Shown here piece by piece: positions 16,636 through 25,817 of a DNA stretch of 32,342 nucleotides. Position numbers and translations under genes: made by a program. Below the pieces are notes generated by a model. The model saw nothing but the letters and a program-made list of their open reading frames with translations. It ran no database searches and was not told the origin of the DNA. Every line of letters starts with the position of its first letter. Positions within the stretch are counted from its first letter, which is position 1. Source of the stretch: Candidatus Zixiibacteriota bacterium (GTDB lineage: Bacteria; Zixibacteria; MSB-5A5; CAIYYT01); NCBI GenBank assembly GCA_040235515.1, contig JBECKX010000119.1, forward strand, positions 1 through 32,342, written 5' to 3'.

Positions 16636-17573
16636 CTTTTAAGAGAAGACATTTACTGGGCCTGGAGGATGTCAGCGCCGAAGAGATCATGACGACGCTG
16701 GAGACCACGAAGGTATTCAAGGAAGTTCTGGAAAGGCCCATCAAGAAGGTTGCGCCGCTGCGTGGCTTGACGGTCGCCAACATCTTTTTCGAACCTTCGA
16801 CCCGCACCCGCGTCTCCTTCGAACTGGCAGAGAAGCGGCTTTCCGCGGATACGGTATCGTTCACGGCTGCGACATCGTCGGTCAAGAAGGGGGAGACCCT
16901 CAAGGATACTGTGCGTAACCTGGAGGCGATGAAGATCGACATGGTGGTGATCCGCCATCAGAGTTCAGGCGTACCCTACTTCCTGACCCGTTTTTGCAGT
17001 TCCTCCGTGATCAATGCCGGAGATGGCCAGCATGAGCATCCGACACAGGGTTTGCTCGATATGTACAGCATCTGGGAGCGCTACGGCAAGATCAAAGGAT
17101 TGCGAGTTGCCCTGATGGGTGACGCAAAGCATTCGCGCGTGATTCGCTCCAATATCTGGGGGCTGACCAAGCTTGGGGCATCAGTCGCGGTGTGCGGTCC
17201 CCCCACGCTCTTGCCGGTCGGGCTTGAGAAAATGGGTGTTGAAGTCTATACCGATATTGACAAGGCGCTGGATGGCGCCGACGTGGTGAACGTCATGCGA
17301 ATTCAACTCGAGCGGCAGGAGGCTGGGTTGCTGCCGTCGCTGCGTGAATACACCTCGCTGTTCGGGATCACCAGGGAACGCCTCAAACGCCTCAACAAGA
17401 ATTACACGATAATGCACCCCGGACCGATCAATCGAGGGATCGAACTGGCTGATGAGATTGCTGACAGCCCCAGTTCGGTGATACTGGAACAGGTAACCAA
17501 CGGAGTCGCGGTGCGGATGGCTGTCTTGTACCTGTTGGCGGGTGGTGATAGGAGTAAGGCAGATGAAAGTTAA
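16632..17573 (+). CDS. pyrB: Aspartate carbamoyltransferase catalytic subunit
   Basis: Motifs FFEPSTRTRVSFE, INAGDGQHEHPTQGLLD and MHPGPINRG. ATGA overlap with pyrR. Confidence 0.97.
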   Translation: MTFKRRHLLGLEDVSAEEIMTTLETTKVFKEVLERPIKKVAPLRGLTVANIFFEPSTRTRVSFELAEKRLSADTVSFTAATSSVKKGETLKDTVRNLEAMKIDMVVIRHQSSGVPYFLTRFCSSSVINAGDGQHEHPTQGLLDMYSIWERYGKIKGLRVALMGDAKHSRVIRSNIWGLTKLGASVAVCGPPTLLPVGLEKMGVEVYTDIDKALDGADVVNVMRIQLERQEAGLLPSLREYTSLFGITRERLKRLNKNYTIMHPGPINRGIELADEIADSPSSVILEQVTNGVAVRMAVLYLLAGGDRSKADES

Positions 17574-18876
17574 GCTGATCAAGAATGGACAGATCGTATT
17601 CCCTGATCGGGAGGAACCGATCGAGGGTGATATCTATATTAACGATGGCAGGATCGATAGAATCGAGTTGAAGGGTGAGAAGAAACCCGCGAAGGGCAAG
17701 AAGGGTGGCGCCAGGCCCGGTAAGGATGAAGTGATCGATGCAAGCGGGCTGCTGGTGTTTCCCGGGTTTATCGATATGCACGTACACCTGCGGGAGCCGG
17801 GTCGCGAGGATTGTGAGACCATAGCGAGCGGAACCGAGGCCGCGGCGGCGGGTGGATTCACCGCGGTTGCCTGTATGCCGAACACGATGCCACCGATCGA
17901 CAATCAGGAGTCGGTGCTGTTCGTCAAGCAGCGGGCACGCGGCTGCAAGGCCAAGGTTTATCCGATTGGCGCCATCAGCAAGGGTCGCGCAGGCAAGGAA
18001 CTGGCGGAGATCGGCGAGATGGTTAGAACCGGCGCTGTCGCGGTGACCGATGACGGTTCGCCGGTCAATGATGCCGGGATGATGCGGCGCGCGATGGAGT
18101 ATGCCGGCATGTTCGGTGTGCCGGTCGTGAGTCACGCCGAGGATATGTCGCTATCGGGTCGTGGTGTGATGAATGAGGGTTATGAGTCGACGCGGTTGGG
18201 AATGGTGGGCATACCTCCATTCTCGGAGGAGATCTGCATCTCGCGTGACATTACGCTGTGCAAGTATATCGGGACGCCGCTGCATATCGCGCACGTGTCG
18301 ACGGCAGGGGCGGTTGATATCATCCGACGCGCAAAAGCACAGGGTGTGAATGTGACGGCGGAGGCAACGCCGCACCACTTCACGCTCACCGATGCCGAGA
18401 TCGGCAAGGAGTTCAATACCAACCTCAAGATGAACCCGCCGCTACGCACGCAGGCGGATGTTGATGCGGTCATCGAGGGACTGGTCGATGGGACCATTGA
18501 TGTGATTGCCTCCGATCATGCACCGCATGCGTCTGAGGAGAAGGAAGTCGAGTTCGACCAGGCGCCGAATGGAATCCTCGGGCTTGAAACGCTGGTGGGA
18601 TTGGTGGGGACTTTTCTGGTGAAGACCGGCAAACTGAGCTGGAACGATGTTGCGCGCAAGCTCTCGGCACATCCCGCCCGCATCATGAGGCTCCCGGGTG
18701 GAGACTTGCTGGCGGGTGGTGTTGCGGATATCACGATCCTGAACCCGAAGTCAACCTGGACCGTGCGTGTCGACAAGTTCAAGTCGATCTCACGCAACTC
18801 GCCATTTGACGGTTGGAAGCTGAATAGTCGTGTGAAGTACACGATTGTTGACGGCGAAGTAACGTTCGCGGACTAG
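17563..18876 (+). CDS. pyrC: Dihydroorotase
   Basis: Motifs PGFIDMHVHLREPG, GGFTAVACMPNT, KMNPPLR and IASDHAPH. Start at ATG 17563. Confidence 0.96.
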   Translation: MKVKLIKNGQIVFPDREEPIEGDIYINDGRIDRIELKGEKKPAKGKKGGARPGKDEVIDASGLLVFPGFIDMHVHLREPGREDCETIASGTEAAAAGGFTAVACMPNTMPPIDNQESVLFVKQRARGCKAKVYPIGAISKGRAGKELAEIGEMVRTGAVAVTDDGSPVNDAGMMRRAMEYAGMFGVPVVSHAEDMSLSGRGVMNEGYESTRLGMVGIPPFSEEICISRDITLCKYIGTPLHIAHVSTAGAVDIIRRAKAQGVNVTAEATPHHFTLTDAEIGKEFNTNLKMNPPLRTQADVDAVIEGLVDGTIDVIASDHAPHASEEKEVEFDQAPNGILGLETLVGLVGTFLVKTGKLSWNDVARKLSAHPARIMRLPGGDLLAGGVADITILNPKSTWTVRVDKFKSISRNSPFDGWKLNSRVKYTIVDGEVTFAD

Positions 18877-18928
18877 CCGGTGCGACCGACGGGCGACGAC
18901 TTGCTGCGGTACCGCGGCCGCCTGGCGA

Positions 18929-18955
18929 TCATATCCATCTTAATATAGCCGATAA
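18929..18955 (+). promoter_or_regulatory. Putative sigma28 (FliA-type) promoter
   Basis: TCAT-N15-GCCGATAA with a perfect -10 and an imperfect -35, ending 18 bp before ATG 18974. Confidence 0.4.
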
Positions 18956-18973
18956 CTGTGTCAGGCAGTAACG

Positions 18974-19738
18974 ATGGCGGATTTTACCCTACAGACTTAT
19001 CGAGACTTATGCCGGGCGCTGGTTGAGGCAGGCTACCGCTCTTACACCTTCGGCGAGTACTATCAGTCGATTACTGCCGGCGAAGGCGCAAGGCTGTTCC
19101 TGCGGCATGATGTCGATTTCAGAATCCCGACCGCGCTCGATCTTGCAGAGATTGAAGTGGAGCACGGGCTCAAGGCAACGTACTTCTTTCGACTCGTTGA
19201 CTCGGCATTCAATCCTGATGTAATCAAGAGGATCGCTGATCTGGGGATGGAGGTCGGCTATCACTATGAGGCCCTCGACCGGGCGAAGGGGGACTACGAA
19301 CGCGCGATCGAAATCGTGAAGGAAGACTTGCGGAAGTTGCGGGAATTCGGTCCCGTAAAATCGATGGCGATGCATGGAAATCCACTGACCCCTTATGATA
19401 ACCGGGACCTGTGGAAGCAGTATGACTACAGGGAGTTCGGCATCGAAGTGGCAGCTTATTTTTCGCTGGACTACAGCAAGATTCGCTACTTCACCGACAC
19501 CGGTCGCAACTGGGATGAGACGAGAGGAAACCTCTACGATACAGTGAGCCACTCCGCAGGTGTCAAGCTTACCAACACGAAGAGCCTGATCAAGCACCTG
19601 CGCGAAGAAGTGGCGGATACCTGCATCCTGACGCACCCTAATCGCTGGAGCAGCAATCCGCTCTATTGGAGCTGGAATCTGGCCTACGACACGTTGGGGA
19701 ACATAGTGAAGGGGGTTCTCAAGATTGTCCGCCGCTGA
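18974..19738 (+). CDS. Polysaccharide deacetylase-like (NodB/CE4 superfamily) protein
   Basis: Motifs LRHDVD, ATYFFR, EVGYHYE and ILTHPNRW. Confidence 0.8.
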   Translation: MADFTLQTYRDLCRALVEAGYRSYTFGEYYQSITAGEGARLFLRHDVDFRIPTALDLAEIEVEHGLKATYFFRLVDSAFNPDVIKRIADLGMEVGYHYEALDRAKGDYERAIEIVKEDLRKLREFGPVKSMAMHGNPLTPYDNRDLWKQYDYREFGIEVAAYFSLDYSKIRYFTDTGRNWDETRGNLYDTVSHSAGVKLTNTKSLIKHLREEVADTCILTHPNRWSSNPLYWSWNLAYDTLGNIVKGVLKIVRR

Positions 19739-20798
19739 AACTCAACTTCAGATCAGAAAGTTGACCGATCCGAACCAGATCCCCGCTGAGTGGTCCCGGT
19801 TCGTGGAGTCGGATCAGTCTGCCACGGTCTTTCATACCGCCGGATGGCAGAGGGTGATCGCGCGCAGTTACGGGTACCAATTCTGTGGGTTGATGGCGCT
19901 CGATGGTAAGGAGAACGTCGTTGGGGTGTTGCCGGCATTCAGAATCAGCAGCGTATTGACCGGAAGGCGACTGGTCTCCAGTCCATTCTCGTACATCTGT
20001 GGTCCGCTGGGAGAGAACGATAACGTTCGCTCCGCGTTGCTGAGGGCACTGGTTGCAGAAGCCCAATCAAGCGGCGCGAGCTATCTCGAGCTGAAATCGC
20101 TGAGCAACTTGCCCGCGCTGGAGTCTCTGATCGAGAGCCGCCACTACACGACCTTTCATGTTGATCTTGCCGCCGATGAAGAAACGATCCTGGCGAACAC
20201 GCACAAGAGCCAGATACAGCGTGGAATCAAGAAGGCCCAAAAGGAAGGGGTGGAGATTGCTGTTCACAATGATGAGCAGGGTATCTCAGAGTTCCATCGA
20301 CTGAACCTGACGACCTGCCGGGCGCATGGCATCCCGGCGCAACCGAAGAAGTTCCACACGCAGGTACTCACTGAACTGGGGAATTCGGGGCAGGCTGAGT
20401 ATCTGCTCGCGCGCTATCAGGGTAAGGCGATCGCCGGGATAGTAGTGTTCACGCATGGTGATACGGCCATTTACATGTATGGAGCGAGTGATCCCGACTA
20501 CCTCCAGCAGCGACCAAACCACCTGCTGCTGTGGGAGGCTATCGTTGCGGCGAAACGTCGCGGACTGAGGACTTTTGACCTTGGTCGTGTATCACCTGAC
20601 AACACCGGCTTGCGCGAGTTCAAGGAGCGCTGGGGCGCGAAGGCTCTACCGCTACATTATTACTATTGGCCGCAAGTGAAGGGGGTCGGGAGTGTGGATC
20701 GAAACTCGCTCAAGTACAAGTTGAGCACGTTCATCTTTTCGAAACTGCCAATCGCAGTCACGGGCAACTTCACCTGGCTTTATAAACACCTGGGATAG
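19725..20798 (+). CDS. FemAB-like GNAT family acyltransferase (polysaccharide-locus type)
   Basis: Motifs ATVFHTAGW, LVSSPFSYICGPL, RPNHLLLWEAI, FDLGR and GLREFKERWGA. TTG start overlapping the previous gene. Confidence 0.85.
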   Translation: MSAAETQLQIRKLTDPNQIPAEWSRFVESDQSATVFHTAGWQRVIARSYGYQFCGLMALDGKENVVGVLPAFRISSVLTGRRLVSSPFSYICGPLGENDNVRSALLRALVAEAQSSGASYLELKSLSNLPALESLIESRHYTTFHVDLAADEETILANTHKSQIQRGIKKAQKEGVEIAVHNDEQGISEFHRLNLTTCRAHGIPAQPKKFHTQVLTELGNSGQAEYLLARYQGKAIAGIVVFTHGDTAIYMYGASDPDYLQQRPNHLLLWEAIVAAKRRGLRTFDLGRVSPDNTGLREFKERWGAKALPLHYYYWPQVKGVGSVDRNSLKYKLSTFIFSKLPIAVTGNFTWLYKHLG

Positions 20799-20824
20799 CA
20801 AATCTCGGGCTTGAAACTTGCGCA

Positions 20825-22069
20825 CTAGCGTAGCTGCGCAAGGAATCTCTCGGCCAACTCGGTGTCGGAGAAACGCGCGGTTACAGCCTTCCTGCCTGTC
20901 TCGGCCAATTGCCGCATCCTTTCGCTGTTGGTAAGCACTTGCGCAAGTGCGTTTGTCAGTTGTTCCACATTGCGTGGCTCCACCAGAATCCCTTCGCGCT
21001 CGGGCTCCTTAATGATGTCGAGAATTCCACCCGATCTTGCGCCGATCCCGACGCAGCCACACATCATGGCCTCCATCAGCGTGAGGCCGAATCCCTCCCG
21101 TTCCGAAACCAGCAGCGCGACTTCGGAACGGCGAAACATGTCGGCGAGTTTAACCTGCACCAGCGGTTCATGGAATTTGACTCGATCTCCCAGTCCGAGG
21201 TCGGCGACCAGGCGGGTTAGCTCATCCTTGATCGGGCCGTCGCCAACGATGTCGAGGGTGCAGTTGATCCCGGAACGCTTGAGGTTTCCGATCGCTTTGA
21301 TGGCCACGTCGATGTTCTTCTGGTGGGTGTAGCGGGCGGCATAGATGATCGAGCCGGGCTTCTTCACGACCTCAGGGTCATAATACACTTTCGCTTTGTC
21401 GACGATTAGCGGGGCGACCGTGATCCGGGATTCGAGTGAGCCGTCCCTGTCACCAAGTGATGCAATCAGAGTTTGTTTCAGAAAGTCCGAAACCACCGTC
21501 ACCGCACGTGCCTGATTGAATACCCTGCGTGCGGCAGGGCGCAGCCAGCTGAATTTCCTGATGAGGTGGATGTCTGTCCCATGACAGGTTACTACCAGCG
21601 GTAGATTGAGGCGCTTGCTCAGTCCCGCCGCAATCATCCCTCCCGGAATCCACCAGTGAGCCCAAATCGAAGTGCAGTTGTTTGACTGAATGACTTCAAG
21701 GGATTTGGCCTTGAAAGAGCTGAAGAAACGCCGCGCGGTCAGGGGGTGACGCAAAATCCGTTTATGCATTTCGCCGCGATAGGCAAGTACCTCAGCCGAA
21801 TCGGAGCCGTAGCGGAATCGGTTAACCGAAAAGCCGTTGAACGATTCATGCATAGCCAGAGCGATATCATGAGGAGCGACGAACTCCAGGTCGATATCAC
21901 GCTGGAGTACGCGAAACAGAGGTTGAAAACCGATCGCAGCTATATCGCTTGGATAGCGAGGGAAATTGTGTGTCAGGACGGCTATTCGGGGTCGCTTGGT
22001 ATCGGAGCCGGGATTGAGTTCCCGGCCGGAATGCATATCTGGGTACCGCGACGTTTCGTCCTCGCTCAT
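20825..22069 (-). CDS. Glycosyltransferase family 4
   Basis: Motifs WAHWWIPGG, VTCHGTDI and EGFGLTLMEAMMCG (EX7E). Confidence 0.92.
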   Translation of the reverse strand: MSEDETSRYPDMHSGRELNPGSDTKRPRIAVLTHNFPRYPSDIAAIGFQPLFRVLQRDIDLEFVAPHDIALAMHESFNGFSVNRFRYGSDSAEVLAYRGEMHKRILRHPLTARRFFSSFKAKSLEVIQSNNCTSIWAHWWIPGGMIAAGLSKRLNLPLVVTCHGTDIHLIRKFSWLRPAARRVFNQARAVTVVSDFLKQTLIASLGDRDGSLESRITVAPLIVDKAKVYYDPEVVKKPGSIIYAARYTHQKNIDVAIKAIGNLKRSGINCTLDIVGDGPIKDELTRLVADLGLGDRVKFHEPLVQVKLADMFRRSEVALLVSEREGFGLTLMEAMMCGCVGIGARSGGILDIIKEPEREGILVEPRNVEQLTNALAQVLTNSERMRQLAETGRKAVTARFSDTELAERFLAQLR

Positions 22070-22087
22070 ACGCAGAGACTCGCGCGG

Positions 22088-23626
22088 CTAGCTTTTGCTT
22101 TCCTGTTCGGAGCTAACCGGTAGTTCGCGCAACTTGATTTCGTGATTACGTTCCGGCTGCGCGCCCTGATTCTGTGGCTGGCCGGAGCCTTGTAACGCTT
22201 CGCTGGAGCGCTCTGGATTTCGCTGTTCGGAACGCTCCCTGCTCCGGTCATCGCCGGGCTCAGCACTCCGGTCATTTCTATCGCCTCCGCGCTCGGCTGC
22301 ACGCTCACTATCACGCGCATTGCCACGATCGATGTTGCGATCACTACTACGGTCACCTCCACGGTCACCACCACGATCACCACTGCGATCGTTGGAACGA
22401 TCGTTTGATCGATCACTAGAACGATCACTGTTGCGATCACGACCGCCACGGCGCCCGCCGCGATTGCTCGATCGCGGACCGGATCCGCCACCGCTGCCGC
22501 TACGGCCCTGGGTGTTGTCCGAACTGCGACGCTGGCGTGGCTGTCTCCCTCCTGAGCGCCTGCCGGAGCGTGAGGAACTCTCTCCACCGGCTGACTCGGA
22601 GTCTTCCTCATCTCCTGACCGCCGGCGCGCGAGGTTCATACCCCGCTGGACGTTGACGGAGAGGTGTTCAATCTCCTCCGTTAGTTTGGAGTTCTGATTT
22701 TTGAGATCGGTCAAAGTGTCGCGCAGGTAGACCAGTGCTTCCGTGATGATACCCATGACAAAGGTGACCAGAGCCGAGAGTTCGCAGAGGATCACGGCAT
22801 AGAGCAGCGGCCGGTAGCCCTGTCCCATGACGAAGCGGTAGTAAAAGGCAACGCCGGCGATGATCAATCCGATCAGGAAAAAGAAGATCGAGACCTTGCC
22901 GAACAGGTGCATCGGGTCACCCAAAACAGAGACCTGAAACTTGACGGCGATCAGGTCGGTGAGCCCCTTGATAATCCTGCTGGTGCCGGAGAATTTGCTT
23001 TTGCCCCAGTTGCGCCGCTCGAGCGTTACGGGAACTTCCCGCACGATATAGTCTTTTGCCGCAGCGAACGCGGCAAGGTAGCGGTGCCAGCCCTCGCGCA
23101 GGGTCGGGAAATCATCGTAGACCTGGCGCGTGAATGCTTTCACCGAGTTCATGTCGCTGACTTTGAGTTTCGGGAAGAGGATTCGGGTCATGAGATTGTA
23201 AATTCGAGACACGACCCACTTGCCGTAGGCGCCCACCTTCTTGCCACACACCATGTCAGCGCCGTTATCGATGGCATCAATCATCTTGGGAATATCGCGC
23301 GGGTGGAACTGCAGGTCGGCGGGGTAGAACACGAGGATTTCACCCCTGGTATGATCAAAGCCTTTCGAGAGTGCGCGGGTGAGCCCCATCCTGACCCGGT
23401 TCTTGACAATGCGAATATTTCCGTACCGCTTGAGAGCTTCCACCATTTTCTGTTCCGTGCGGTCGGTGGAGCCGTCGTTGACCAGGATCAGTTCGTAGGT
23501 GAAGCTACAGGAGCGCAGAACGCGATCGAATTCCTGCATGAGAGGTTCAATGTTGCCCTCTTCGTTGTATGCCGGGATTACGACGGAAACCTTGATCTTT
23601 CTGTGTCGTCTTCCTTTAGATGTCAT
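22088..23626 (-). CDS. Glycosyltransferase family 2 (ArnC/polyprenyl-phosphate sugar transferase-like) with two TM helices, a coiled coil and a long R/D/S/G-rich tail
   Basis: Motifs VSVVIPAYNEE, ILVNDGSTD, YPADLQFHP and WHRYL, then two hydrophobic helices and about 180 aa of low-complexity tail. Confidence 0.9.
   Translation of the reverse strand: MTSKGRRHRKIKVSVVIPAYNEEGNIEPLMQEFDRVLRSCSFTYELILVNDGSTDRTEQKMVEALKRYGNIRIVKNRVRMGLTRALSKGFDHTRGEILVFYPADLQFHPRDIPKMIDAIDNGADMVCGKKVGAYGKWVVSRIYNLMTRILFPKLKVSDMNSVKAFTRQVYDDFPTLREGWHRYLAAFAAAKDYIVREVPVTLERRNWGKSKFSGTSRIIKGLTDLIAVKFQVSVLGDPMHLFGKVSIFFFLIGLIIAGVAFYYRFVMGQGYRPLLYAVILCELSALVTFVMGIITEALVYLRDTLTDLKNQNSKLTEEIEHLSVNVQRGMNLARRRSGDEEDSESAGGESSSRSGRRSGGRQPRQRRSSDNTQGRSGSGGGSGPRSSNRGGRRGGRDRNSDRSSDRSNDRSNDRSGDRGGDRGGDRSSDRNIDRGNARDSERAAERGGDRNDRSAEPGDDRSRERSEQRNPERSSEALQGSGQPQNQGAQPERNHEIKLRELPVSSEQESKS
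22322..22441 (-). repeat. About ten imperfect 12-bp tandem repeats encoding DRxx tetrapeptides
   Basis: DRNS DRSS DRSN DRSN DRSG DRGG DRGG DRSS DRNI DRGN; on the plus strand, (c/g)gatc/ggtc recurs every 12 bp. Confidence 0.8.
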
Positions 23627-25806
23627 TGCTTTCGTCTTTCAAGTTGCGAAATCAAATTGTTGATTTGCGAGTTGTCCGGATAGGCCCTATGCGCAATCCG
23701 GTAGTAAACGAGTGCCGAGTCGAACCAGGCCGCGTTGCTGGTTGAACTGCCGATCGACATCATCGTGTTGCCCAGGTTCAGTGCGCTCGATGGATCTCCC
23801 GGCGCGAATTCCTGGACCTTATGGTAGTGACTCAGGGCACGCTCGAATTCCCCGACCGAAGCGAGCGCATCACCAACATACAAATCTGCCGAATAGTTGG
23901 CAACATCGCTCTCAAGGAAACGTGACATGTAAACCTGTGCCGAATCCTCCTGGCGGGCGGAGATGAACTTCTGTGCGAGTTCGTAGTCGCTCGGCTTATA
24001 CGCGCGTGCCGCCGCGTTGCCCGATCCCTCCGCGATATTGAAGACCTTGACCGCCACGCCGCGGATGACATAGCGGGTAATCATCCACGCCTTCTCCATC
24101 AACTCCGGATAATCCTCGCGCGCACGGTCTTCGTTGCCCTGGTCCATCGCAAGATGGGTGATCGGGTACTCATCGAATAGGTTCTGGTCGACCCGGACCA
24201 CACCGAACATATGGATGAGCGAACCTCGGTCATTGTCGAGGGTAATCGCCGGACCGTAGGGCCCCGAGGCCACAGCACCATCGTTGGTGATCGCTTCAAA
24301 ATCGCGATCGGCCGTCAGAAGCGAGTATTGCCGCAGCTCCGTCCAATTGTAGAAGGCGCGCGTGTTCCAGCCAACGAAGAGGAGAACAATGATAACCGAG
24401 CCGATGATTGCCCCATGCCGCAGCGAGAAGCCGTTGCGTTTGATCGCGTACCAGATCAATGCCAGGAGTGCGCCAACGACAAAGAAGCCGATCGAGTAGG
24501 CCACCGGCGAGGCCAGGAACGGGCGGAAGTAGAACTCGTCAGGCTTCCTGACCAGGAAAAAGAGCACCGCGCCGATGAGCGGCATCAGCCATAATCCCTG
24601 AGTGACAGCCACCTGCCAGAGTCGCGGACCGGAGCTGGTTTTCTTCGAACCGGCTGCGGCCGGTGCGATGATCTCGCGCCAGGCAAAACTGAGCAGGAAG
24701 CCGGCCAACGCCATGGTCGGGAAAATGATCGTTGTCTGGTAGCGCAGGGGGCGATAATTCCACGGGAAGAGGGAGAGAAAGCCGACCGCACACCAGAAGG
24801 TGATCAACAGCCAGCCGGGATTGATACTGCGAAACCAGTGCCCCGCGCGTGAACGCAACGCCAACCAGTAAAGGATGATGCTCCCGCCGAGAAATCCGGC
24901 AATCGTCAGAATCGGCATTTTGACGAAGAAATCGCGCTCCCACAAGAGCGTGTTGAGGGAGATGAAGAAATCCTGTACCGACTTGAACGCTTGCGGGGAG
25001 CCGTAGAGGCCCAATGCCTGTTCGGCAAGGTACCCGCCGACTTCGGAGCGAGATGGCAGGTAGATCAGCACCAACCAGATCAGGGTGATTGCCACAAATC
25101 CGGCGTAGTACTGAATCACTCGCTTCGTCAGAAGTTTGCGATCCTGGTCCTCGCTGAGAAACTGGACGATCCACAGACCGGTAAATGGTCCGAGCATGAA
25201 CAACGCAATCATTTTCCCGAAGAATGCCGCCAGCGCCGTTGCGGCGCCTGCGGCGATCAATGCCCATGATTTTTTCTCATGCAGCGAGAAGAGGTAAACC
25301 GCGGCACAGATCCAGAAATTCTGAGATGCTTCCAAAAAGGGCGTGCGGGCGAACCAGATCATGGTGAAGTCGAACGCCGCGAAAATCGCGAAGAAGAGAG
25401 CGCCGAGTCGCGAACCGAAGTTCTTGATTGCAAGTGCAAGCAGGAGTACCGAGATGAGATTGAACAGCACCGCTATCAGGTTTCCCTGAGCGCGGCCCGA
25501 CCCGATGACCGCGTAGAGCGCGGTCGCTACGATGTTCTGGGTGGTGTACTCCCATTGCGCAAACCGTGGATCGTCATAGGGATTCCAGCTACCATGCTGG
25601 TTGAGGTTGTGGGCAAAATAGGTGTACTGAGGGGGGTCGGTCGAGAAATCCTGAGACTTCGTGATTCCAATCGGTGCATCTGCGGGAAGATAGAGAACGC
25701 GAAAGAATAGACCTATGATGAGTATGATCCCGAGACAGAGATAGAAATTGCGTCCCGAGGCAAATCCTCTCAGCGAAGTCTCAATGGATTCTGCGAGCTT
25801 TCCCAA
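23623..25806 (-). CDS. GT-C fold integral-membrane glycosyltransferase (ArnT/PMT-like) with C-terminal TPR-like repeats
   Basis: Many TM segments; first-loop STDPPQY, ARTPFLE and RPLRYQ. C-terminal ADLYVGDALASVGEFERALSHYHKVQEFAPGD is TPR-like. TTG start. Confidence 0.8.
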   Translation of the reverse strand: MGKLAESIETSLRGFASGRNFYLCLGIILIIGLFFRVLYLPADAPIGITKSQDFSTDPPQYTYFAHNLNQHGSWNPYDDPRFAQWEYTTQNIVATALYAVIGSGRAQGNLIAVLFNLISVLLLALAIKNFGSRLGALFFAIFAAFDFTMIWFARTPFLEASQNFWICAAVYLFSLHEKKSWALIAAGAATALAAFFGKMIALFMLGPFTGLWIVQFLSEDQDRKLLTKRVIQYYAGFVAITLIWLVLIYLPSRSEVGGYLAEQALGLYGSPQAFKSVQDFFISLNTLLWERDFFVKMPILTIAGFLGGSIILYWLALRSRAGHWFRSINPGWLLITFWCAVGFLSLFPWNYRPLRYQTTIIFPTMALAGFLLSFAWREIIAPAAAGSKKTSSGPRLWQVAVTQGLWLMPLIGAVLFFLVRKPDEFYFRPFLASPVAYSIGFFVVGALLALIWYAIKRNGFSLRHGAIIGSVIIVLLFVGWNTRAFYNWTELRQYSLLTADRDFEAITNDGAVASGPYGPAITLDNDRGSLIHMFGVVRVDQNLFDEYPITHLAMDQGNEDRAREDYPELMEKAWMITRYVIRGVAVKVFNIAEGSGNAAARAYKPSDYELAQKFISARQEDSAQVYMSRFLESDVANYSADLYVGDALASVGEFERALSHYHKVQEFAPGDPSSALNLGNTMMSIGSSTSNAAWFDSALVYYRIAHRAYPDNSQINNLISQLERRKQ

Positions 25807-25817
25807 ACAAATGACCC

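Noticed and set aside
22322..22441. Periodic repeats as a possible CRISPR array
   Set aside because: They are 12-bp in-frame coding repeats without spacers, and no cas genes are present. The same applies to 16513-16572 and to the dockerin repeats.
16208..25267. Other long alternative-frame ORFs (16208-16942, 17428-18135, 19007-19636, 22907-23683, 24539-25267)
   Set aside because: All overlap confidently identified genes and lack family motifs.
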